Of a DNA stretch of 64,000 nucleotides, positions 54,419-64,000 are shown piece by piece. Numbering within the stretch: position 1 is the stretch's first letter; the number at the start of each line of letters is the position of its first letter. The DNA is from Yuukianura sp. NJ FZ-2021 (lineage: Eukaryota). The translations under genes and the position numbers were made by a program. The DNA lies in NCBI GenBank assembly GCA_046563655.1, contig CM102290.1:9672001-9736000 (forward strand), written 5' to 3'. The notes under the pieces are model-generated. The model had not been told where the DNA came from. It saw only the letters and a program-made list of their open reading frames with translations, and did not search any database.

Positions 54419-55877
54419 AATCTAAATTTTGAACAAGCGCTATTGTTTTTTCATGGCACTAATTCACCCTGTTCTTAGTCAATAGACTTTCCACAGCAGC
54501 AAATTCAAACGGAACGACACGAACAACTACGCCGGCACCAGTAAGTTCATTCCGTATGCAATTTCATCAACGAACAAAAGTTCAACCGAAATAGTTTGAA
54601 AATCCGCTTGTTATACCAGTGACTTTGAGAGTACTAGTATTTTAAACTTGACCTTCATTTGGTTTAGTTTACAATTCGAAAAAAAAGGAAAAGGAAACAC
54701 TAAACATTTGACTTTTTAGTGTCAAAAACTGTTTATAATTTTAGTTTCAGCATTGACATTGTTCTTTTCCTTTTATTTGTTGGAAATGGCAATTAACAAA
54801 GTGAGTTAGCTTCTAGTTAGTTGATTTTTTATAGCTTTTTGATGACTCGCTTTAACTTTGTTAACTAGGGAATTGGGACTACGAGGCGTGGAAGAGGTCA
54901 AAGGTCAACTACCCCTGTGGCGGATGGGCGCTCCACTCTACAGAGCCTCACGGAGTCACCTTCCCCTGACCCCGTCCCTGTGGGGGACTTTAACTTCTAT
55001 CCCTAAACAATTTCAAGTTGAATTTTTTCCAAAAATTTTTCGATTGAAAAACTTCCAAAGTCTGACATCATCTTTTTTGATTTTTTTAAGATCGTGATTG
55101 TCTAGTCGTATCGAAATTAAGTATTAAAATTTTAGCTTTAAAATTTATTCGATAGCTTACTATTATAAGAAATTAAAAAATGTGATCATTTCTCAAACTC
55201 TGGTCAAGACAAACTGGCATTGCGTCAGGTTGTTTGTAATGGTACAGTGTAACCACTGCGATTGTAGCTAATGAATTCCGTTACAATACTTGCAACCACC
55301 GAGTTGTTACTGTAAATGAGTTTAAGTTATAAATATATGCAGATTGAAAAACAAAAAACAGCTAACTTCTAACTCTAGTTTATATGTTACTTACAGTGGG
55401 TTAGTTACATTCGGAGTACGCCGTTGGTTCAAGACGTTTGTTTCGAATGCGAATAGTTTCGAAAAATGTTTGTTTCGAATCACAAATTGTTGCCTGGTTA
55501 CTAGTAATACTTTTAGTAACTATTTCATTGTAGCCACCCACTGTAACCACTGATAAATGGTAGCAGTGGTTACCTTTTGTGGTTACATCTGACGCAAGTT
55601 TGCTCCAGTAAAACTGTTACATTACGTTTTAGTTCAAATGAAAATCAAGGAAATTATAGACAGGACGTCCATGGTTCATTGAAACCCATAATTTCTTCAA
55701 GATTCAAATTTGTTCTATGAAACACGCGTTTTCTTACGTATTTTTTTCAGAACATGATTACAGACCAAGCCATTCTTTCAAAATTAAAAAAATGAAAATT
55801 CGAAAATTTCCATGAATGGAAAACGTTTTTGGATCTTGGGATCCAGGGCGGATCCGTAGCTTAGCAACAACTTTTCG

Positions 55878-55885
55878 TATATAAA
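55878..55885 (+). promoter_or_regulatory. Candidate TATA box of ILP-2
   Basis: TATATAAA upstream of a putative non-coding exon (donor ~55951, acceptor 56039) that precedes the ATG at 56045. A 5'UTR intron is typical of insulin-family genes. Confidence 0.5.
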
Positions 55886-56044
55886 CGTATAAAACTGAAG
55901 GCAGCAGTCCTTTGAAATTTTAGAAATAAAGCTTCACCAGTGGAAGAAAGGTAGTTCAAAATATCACACAAATTCAAAAGTAGTGCTCTGAAATTTGAAG
56001 TTTGGTTCTAAAAATGTTGATTTTTTGAATAGTTTTTAGACCCA

Positions 56045-56579
56045 ATGATGAAGATGGTCCATTGGTGGGTACTATTGGGTCTATTTACTTTTGTCGCCAC
56101 TGGATTTCCATTTTCGACTCATGAAGATCACGAAGACAGCGGCAAGGAACAAGATGAAGGGTCACACCTCGTCATGCCGTCTTCTGTCCCGCGCCCGCCA
56201 AAAATTCATATTTGCGGTTACCGAATTCTGGCAGAAATTTCGACAATTTGCGGTCATACACATCGTCCAAACGGTAAGGAAATTTTTGAACCTAAGACAT
56301 TTTTGGAGAAAAACGTCCTAACTTTCCGAATCATAGACTTTCTTTTTTATAATAAAAGTTTTAAATTTTTCTAATAATTTTTTAAAATCTTTTTTGAAAG
56401 TAATAAACTTTGATTGGTTTTTTGATTTTTTCAAATTAGGAAAGCCACAGCGCGACTTACTTCCACGTCGTTCCATTCGTTCCGTCGTAGACGACTGTTG
56501 TCGAACGGGTTGTAATTTAAGTGAGCTGCAACGATACTGCGCAAATCCTGCATTTGGAGTGGTAAGAACGCAGACTTGA
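56045..56579 (+). CDS. Insulin-like peptide (ILP-2)
   Basis: Exons 56045-56273 and 56440-56579. Signal peptide, acidic N-terminal extension, B chain HICGYRILAEISTIC, short C region, A chain SVVDDCCRTGCNLSELQRYC. Confidence 0.9.
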
Positions 56580-59304
56580 CAGTTACACACGCCAACACAC
56601 ACATGCGTACAAGATTTCAGACAAACTCAAGTTTTCAAAATGTTGAAAGACAAGAGTTGGAAAAATTTCAGTTCTTTAATTTTGTTTTAAAATCATATGT
56701 CTTAGAGTTTCATTTTTTGTCACTTTTCCAAGTTTCTTTGTTAAAACTCACCTTGTAATCAAAAATTTACTTGAAAATAAAGTGACAATCTGCAAAATTT
56801 CAATTACGGAGTCCACAAAACCTGAAAGCCAAAAAAACAAGCACATTCTTAAAAAAAATAACTTTTTTAAACCCCTTCATCAAACTGTAAAACGAAAAAA
56901 AAATTCCTAGAATGGAAGAAAAAGAAACTTTTTCTGAAAAGTTTCCACTTTCGCTATTAAAACAATTCAATTTCTTTCGGAATTTGGACTGCGTGTTATA
57001 CAACGCGAAAGTTGTATAGCACGCACTTAACTAAACCATTTTTGTTCTAAGGAGCACGCACCACGTACCCTCTCACTTCAAGAGTTTATTCAAGAATTTG
57101 CTGATATACTGGAGGAGGCGACGGGGGGTGATCCGACATTTGAATCGGCTCCAGTCGAAGGGTCACCGCGTGGGGTGAAGGCCGTTTACTTCCAAGACTT
57201 GGCAGAAGTCGGTGACGAATCAGGACAGCCGAGTCGCCTCGGAGAAAAGACTCTGCGTACACATAAGAAAGGAATGTCATCTGACGAGTTGTCCCATGAA
57301 CTGGACGAGGGGAGCACTGTGTCCATTGGTCACATGGTGTCAGCTGACTACAAGTCATCTGACTCACTCTTTTCGGGCATGGAGAAACTAGCAGCAGCAA
57401 AAGGCGGGATAGCTGTCATCATTCCAGCCAGACGCATTTGACCTGCCTACATACACTTGTGCACACGCAAATTTCTTTGCATACAATCCATTCTGTGCAG
57501 AACTTCTTTCCAAATTTTGCAATTCAGCTTCAGCCCAAACCTCAGAATTTCTGGTTCAAGCGTTAGATTTCGTTAATATTGTTGTGCGAGTACATTACAT
57601 TTCATGGACATACGTCCTCGCATTCGTTTGCGTATCATGCGTACTTAATTTGTGCACATGCGTTAACTTCTGTGGATTTCAATCAGTTAACTTGACTTCG
57701 ACGTATCGTTAAAATTCAAAATCAAGTGTTAGAACAAACTCCTTCTTCGAGATTTCAAAGCAAAACGTTCGTCAAGAAACTTCGTGAAGCGCATGCAGCG
57801 TCTAAAAATGAATATGTCCATGCAAAACTTTCAAACGGAACATAGCAATGTTAAAAACATAGGTGTCATAAAAACGCGTATGTTTTCGAAATGAAATCGA
57901 AATGACTATTTATTGATTTAGGAGAGTAGTTTAGCTTAAAACAGAATAAAAATGATGATGGAATGACATCGCAACTTGTCTTCATGTTCTTTTGAATTTT
58001 CAAAATGTAGACAAAATAAACTACTTTTTTTTAGTTTGAAAGTAGAAAATGAATTTCTCGAGTAACATGACCCCAGGTCATGTTACTCGTCAGGTGAACA
58101 AACATTCGTAAAAAAAAATCATTACCCGTTATCCTTCTTCTTACGATTGGAAAAAAAAATAAATATTTTTAGAACTGAACCTAAAAATTTCGTTTTCGTT
58201 TAGCGCAGGTCAAAGGTCAGAAATCATCAGTTTCTTTGATGATGATGATTGGCTTACAACATCTTTGTAGTGCTTACTCCTTCGATCTATTATAAGATTG
58301 ATGAAATTTGCTGATTGCGAACATTGTTTCTGCCTCCATTCATATCCTGTTCTTAGAACTCGTGAATTGGGCTGAATTTGCGAAAAATTTCACAAACGGA
58401 ACATTTTCGCATGATGCATTTCTAATTCACTCTCTCACCAACTTCGTAATTTACAAATTGACTCTTGACTAACGCTAACTAACATTTGTTAGTTTAAAAA
58501 ACGATACTTTATATCTTTACTAATCCTAAGAATTTATTAAGTTGTCATCCTCCCCTTCACCTTAATAAAAAAAAAGACTTCAACATGCATACATTTTAGG
58601 TTAGCGTAAACGTAAATAACATCCATTGTAACCACCGAGAACAACGCATGGTTACCAAACTTGTCTAAATTACTAAACTTTTTTTTTGAAATTTTGGAAT
58701 TTTTTGAAAGTCTTGTATTCACCTTGAGTGTAACCACCCAACATAATCAGACAAAAATGGCGCCGGTGGTTACACTTTGTGTTTACAGTGAATGCAATTT
58801 TGGTTTACATCAACCTAAAATGTTTATCAGAACCATTTATTAAATGCTCAACGAGTTTAAAACGGTGCGCGTTATACAAAATGTTGGTTTGTATAATGCG
58901 AATCCAGCAAATTGGGTCTGACCTCCAAATTTCTGTAATAATCATAGTTAGTTTTTATATAAGCGGAAGTTACTCAAAGTTTGAAAGTCAGCCAACTTAA
59001 GGTTAATTAGTTAATTGTAATTAAGAAGAGGTTGATGTTCTCTGAGAAAATGAATGGAGTGTTTACTTTATGCCAGTCAGGAAGTTCATTGTCACAGGGG
59101 AGAATTCATGATGTGGCTCCCTTCCGTAGGGAGTTGGGCGGTAGGAAGCTGGAAGAGCGCTGTTAAGGTGTCAGCGACCCACTTAAAATTTTTACACTTC
59201 GTACTTGCGACGCTAACTGGACACTTCACACCTCCAGGCTCTGATAGCAGTTCCAGCCTTCGCTAATTAATTGACAACCTAGTTCAAGTGATTACTTTCT
59301 GGAA

Positions 59305-60612
59305 ATGAGTTTCAAAGGAGCACAGTTTATGGTGACGGTCGCTGTCGTTGTGGTTGCTGTTGGTCAATATACTACGAGCCATCCTGTCCCACCGTCGTCC
59401 CGCCACCATGTCCATACAGAGCCACCAAAAACGTCCGTTTGTGGAGTTCGCATTAGGGAACTCATTCGAGTCACTTGTCCACATTTACACAAACAAGGCT
59501 ACTATGTCCCCGGAAATCACATCTTGCAGAAATGTAAGTTTACATTTCAATACATCCAAGAAAATTTGTTTCAATTTCGGTTTCAAAACTTTGTGAAATT
59601 TTCTTTGAAATTTTTAAAAAGCTAATGCCGTTCTGCCGGTGGTACTTGAAGACAACATGGAGGGACTCAAGCGTCTGCGTAGACAAATCGTGAAAGAATG
59701 CTGCAAACAACCGTGTTTGAAGGCAGATCTGAAAAAATATTGTAACGCCGTCCAAAATTTGAACATCCATCAGCAAATGTAAGAATTTTTTTTTGTCCAC
59801 ATCAAAATAATTTTGAAAAGTTTGAAGATTTTCTGAATCAGGTTTTTACATTTTATAGTGAAAGTGAAAGTTTCGAAGAAAATGAAACCAGTTTCCAAGT
59901 TACTGAAGACCCAATGTTCAGCAGTTCTGTAAGCACAGTGTCAACTTTTTCAAAAAACTATTTTTGATTTTTAAAATTTGAAAATGTTTCACTTTTCAAA
60001 ATTTGGCGGCTGTTCATTTCATGCTTGGGTGTGTCTAATAGTTGCCACTAGGTGTGCGTCATGGTGCAAGCGCTGAATCCAGAACCCGAGTCCATTCTCA
60101 TAGTAAACCCAGAATGAGACTGCGACATCAAAACAAGGTTTGCATGTTTTAAAAAGAAGCTTGGTGTTTCAAAATTTTCAAAATACGTTTTTAAATTTTA
60201 GAATTGTACAGTTAGCATAACAATAACCTAAGCTTAACCTGTCATACAGCTTAGCCTAACGCTAACAATTATGTAGTTGAGGAATCGTATTGCTTCTGAG
60301 CTTCAGTTTTTGCCTGTCGTTCTTCCTTTTGGAATTGGGAAAATTGTTCTCGCTGCTTTCAAAACTAACTGGAATCCATCGTTGGTAACCACAATTTTCA
60401 AAATTAAAAAAATGCGAGAAAGAAAAATTAATAATTTTACAAATTTTTCAGAATTTTCTATCAATGGTTTTGATTTGTTGTTTCAGCAATCACTGATTTC
60501 CGAAGAACTTGAACTGGAGAGACGTCCGAGGCGTGGAATGGAAGTTCGAACGGTTCCGCCACAGCCAGAGCCGGTGATTCTACATGCCAACGAGTACTCC
60601 ATTTACAACTAG
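59305..60612 (+). CDS. Insulin/IGF-like peptide with C-terminal extension (ILP-3; architecture like arthropod IGF)
   Basis: Exons 59305-59533, 59622-59778, 59859-59928, 60487-60612, all in phase. B chain SVCGVRIRELIRVTC; KRLRR; A chain QIVKECCKQPCLKADLKKYC; tail IESESFEENE..QSLISEELELERRPRRG..YSIYN*. Confidence 0.8.
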
Positions 60613-60819
60613 ACGCCTGGAAATGCATTCTGCGCAGATGCAAAAATAAATTTAAATCCATCCAAACGAATCTCTCCATTTCTTAGAAAATCAGAATTCA
60701 AATTTAGAATTAAACAGAAATCGGTTTTATTTTGAATTTAACAAAAATGTGTTAGTTTTTTAACTTTGTTTGAACCTTAAGGTTTAAATTTTGGCGCGAA
60801 TTTTGTTTTCCTTGGAAAT

Positions 60820-61447
60820 TTAAACAGGACACAAGGAAGACAATCCAGCGAGATGCAGAGGTGAGCAATTGGAAGATTCCGAACAACAGGCACGCACAAT
60901 GTCGTCGTGACTGAAATTTGTTTGACGCACTCGTCGATACGCCTTCCAAAACAGTGGCCATCCACTCGCGGGTTTTTCGAAATTTGGAAATTCAAATGTA
61001 TTTGAATTTTTCTGGTCTCCCGCTTTTGCGTTTTCCATCTCCTCTGCAACCGCTGCCATAAAAGTCATTTCCATTACTGCTTCCTCATCTTCATCTGTAA
61101 AACAAAATGGCTGGAATTTCAAATGTCTAAAATTTCATAATTTTGGAGGGAAAAATGTTGTAAAATAATAAGAAACTAAAGTTTTGATTCATAATTTAAA
61201 AAAAAGAAGTTGCTTTTCAAAATATACCGAGCGGTTTCCAGTTGTTTCCGGAGGGTTTCGTTGGCGTCGTGTCGAATCGAAAACTACGAGCAGCTTGAAT
61301 GCTACGCTTGGCGACGGCACAAGCTCGGGCAACGACATACAAAATTTTATCGTTGGCGCAACCTTTGTACTTGTGTGCGTCAGGCCACGAGGTCGCAACA
61401 GCAGTCATTCCAAGTACGAAAAGTAGAATCCACCAGGAGCCATTCAT
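60820..61447 (-). CDS. Divergent insulin-family peptide (ILP-4), gonadulin-like
   Basis: Exons 61447-61228 and 61094-60820 (phase 1). Signal peptide, B chain GCANDKILYVVARAC followed by AVAKR, RRVR site, A chain DIVRACCSESSNCSPLHLAGLSSLC. Confidence 0.75.
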
Positions 61448-61935
61448 TTTGGCGCCAAAACTTTTGTTTAAAAATTTTTGAAATTCAGTTTTAAAATTTA
61501 CGCGGGAAAAGAGTTCCTACATGTCGTACGTCTGAGGACACAATGGCGCCAAAACTTTTTCTATCATAACCTGAGCTCTTTCTAAATTCAAAATCTGCGT
61601 ATCTTATCGTGTTGAAAAAGTAGAGCAACGTGGCCTTTGACCTCTAGTTTAACTCAATTCAATAAAAAGTTAACGACTTTAGTGTGTTCCGTCATGCACA
61701 ACACTTTATAAGTTAATTATAGCACAGTTAATTAACATTAAAGTTAACTAAAGTTGACATCAAGGATTAAAAATAGTTAAGGAAGCGAGAAGGAATGTCA
61801 TGAACAGATTCTTTTCTGGTGTTGATGAAATTGTACCAAAGACATTGGGCAAAACATTGTCAAACACAACATTAGTTTAACATTGGTCAAAGTTAGGTTT
61901 CCAATTCCGCCAATCAGAATCCAGCAATTGGAATT

Positions 61936-63356
61936 TTACTTGTCGCAGAGATTGTACTGCCGATCCACTTCTACGAAGTCAGCAGAAGAACAGCCACTCA
62001 CACAACACTTGACGATGATTTCATTTATGCGAGCCTGACGGCGCCATCTTTTAAATGGATCGGGAAAAAACGGGGGACGACGCATGAAGGGGTAGAAGAA
62101 AAAAGGGGGAGGAGCTAGGAAGGGGAATGGTGGAGGGGGTACAAGGGGGTATGGGGGTACAACCATGTCCAACGTCCAAGGATCTGGGGGTCCCAAGTCA
62201 TAAAAATCATCTCCAGCACTTCCAACAGCGCCATCTACAAACAAAATTGTTTCATGATAATAGGGGGTTTGTGTTTCAAATCATTTATAGAAATTATAGA
62301 ATTTAGTAAGTCCCGTCCCTTTCCACCCCCAGCAACCCGCTTTGTTACGGCTTCCGTTATTGGTTGATTTCAAATGTATGACGTCACTTTCCAAACTTTT
62401 CTCATTTATGGAACTTATGTCCCATGTTTATAATGTGAATCCGAAAAGTTTGAAAAGTGACGTCATAAATTCTCTACTTTCTATAAGTTCTATAATTTAT
62501 TGATAACGCAAACTCCCTAATTAATAGTTTATTTGCGTTTTAGCATCACTTATATGACAAAATATTGGCATAAAAAGCTATGGTTTTAGGTTCGTCAAAA
62601 AAAATTTCAGACAAGATGACCTTGAACTTGCCAGAAATTCAGAGAATTTCTACGATGAAATTCGACGTGAATCAAAACTGGTAATTAAATTCCATAATGA
62701 ATTTCATAAGAGTTTTTTGAGTTTCTAATGATGTCATACTTGCCGCTAACTGAACACTTAACAGCCTTTGAACTAACCGTCACCAAACAAATCTAGCCTT
62801 CTCATAAATTTACGTCGCGAGTTCGCATCCCGCCAACGAAAATTCCGTTAAAATTCCCTAAAAAAGAATAACAAATCTAGTTGACCTCGAAATACTTACA
62901 TTCTCCGCCTTTCGTCAAAAACAAACAACATCTTGTCATTTTTTTAAATCTCCAGCCTTCCGTTCATTTTGAACCACTCTGAACATTCCCTTGTGCATTT
63001 ATTATGAAAGACGTTGTACATTTCTTACCGAGAAAATAGGCGGCATTCCGTTTGTACACGACGCAGACTCGTAGGAGATGCCTCGTAATGGCCGACTTGT
63101 TGCAGTTCTCGTTGAGCCAGTAGGGAACTTTTGAAAAAGCGTTCGGGTAAGGGCCGACAGACCCCGTCACTAAAACAGCACATATAAGGATTAATACGGT
63201 CAAAACCCAGAGGTCAGAGGTCAATGACGTTTGGGTTGACCTTCCTCCTGCAACCACAAGAGACAATTACTTTTAGTTACATTAACAAAAGTAAATGTTA
63301 GCCTGTATATATTCATACGTGTACTTACGTCCTACAGTTCGAATCCGATCTGACAT
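61936..63356 (-). CDS. Divergent insulin-family peptide (ILP-5), gonadulin-like, with a Pro/Phe-rich C-peptide
   Basis: Exons 63356-63329 (alternative in-frame ATG at 63374), 63247-63029, 62234-61936. Hydrophobic signal, B chain NCNKSAITRHLLRVC followed by VVYKR, KRWRR site, A chain INEIIVKCCVSGCSSADFVEVDRQYNLC. Confidence 0.75.
62263..62517. mobile_element. TA-flanked MITE-like element in an ILP-5 intron
   Basis: Flanked by TA on both sides. Imperfect TIRs GGGGGTTTGTG..TTATAGAAATTATAGAA / TTCTATAAGTTCTATAA..CGCAAACTCCC, plus an inner 24-bp inverted repeat at 62378-62401 / 62443-62466. Confidence 0.6.
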
Positions 63357-64000
63357 CTGATTGGTTCCCAACATTCAGACTCTCCTCTTCTGATTGGTCC
63401 AATGTAGCTAGGTACCACTGGTCCCTTCAAACATTTCCAGGCCTCCTTGCGACACTTCGACTTCTTACGCAAGTTTCCAGTTCACTCCAGTACACAAACT
63501 AAATTAAAAATTCCAGAGGCGTACGAATGCGACACTTGAAACGAGAAAGTCGTAAAATCTGGAGCGGCTGCTTTTGTTATGGTAAACAATGGGAAGCCAA
63601 GGAAAAACAACAACTTAAAAAAATTCTCACACGTTTCCCCTTTCAAAAACGAAAATCTTGAAAATCTCAAAGCTTTTTTGCAGATTACCAACAAGAAAGT
63701 TTAATATTTAAATAACTTTAATTAAATAACTCTGGAATATCTCGCTCCTCCTCTCCACACATCTCCTAAGCACAATTTCTTAATAAAAATTGCAATTAAA
63801 TTCATTTCAATTTTTTGAAATTTTGAATTTTAGAAACTGAAACGCTTTGATTTTTTTTTTTGGGCAAAGCCTATTTCGGAAGAATTTGGCTGTGCCACGG
63901 TGTAGCTCCATTGAATCATTTTCCTCACTGTCCCTTCTCTCCCTCCTCCACAGCAGCACCACTCTCTTCAATGACCTTTGACCCCTCACTTGGAACTGGT

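Noticed and set aside
55211..55602. Possible MITE with CAAAC..TTGCGTCAG / CTGACGCAAGTTTG ends and GTAACCAC motifs
   Set aside because: The inverted repeat is short and interrupted, and no target-site duplication is evident.
57086..57441. ORFs between ILP-2 and ILP-3 as a sixth peptide gene
   Set aside because: No signal peptide and no insulin cysteine pattern in either orientation.
53985..63374. Assigning any cluster member as the dilp7/relaxin orthologue
   Set aside because: None shows the conserved dilp7-type A-chain motif I recall (CTWEEYAEYC-like).

Overview
Eukaryotic, intron-containing, AT-rich DNA, most likely from an arthropod (tenectin-like gene, ZAD-type zinc finger, short GT-AG introns). 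From left to right it holds: the 3' part of a CCHC zinc-knuckle/RGG gene built from a 689-bp exon-intron module; a large minus-strand tenectin/tenebrin-like VWC-mucin gene with a ~5-kb palindromic 320-bp tandem array in one intron; a long region with no recognisable gene; R3HCC1-like and RAP1-like-BRCT genes; a non-autonomous Helitron-like element; UQCRQ, eIF3a, a ZAD-C2H2 gene, MFSD10 and a second C2H2 gene. The window ends with a ~9.4-kb cluster of five divergent insulin-superfamily genes that the ORF track splits at introns. One has an IGF-like C-terminal extension on two extra exons, two are gonadulin-like with non-canonical cysteine spacing, and four have a co-oriented DR1 nuclear-receptor element upstream. 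All exon models were assembled by eye from splice sites and reading phase. Family assignments rest on recalled motifs, not database searches.
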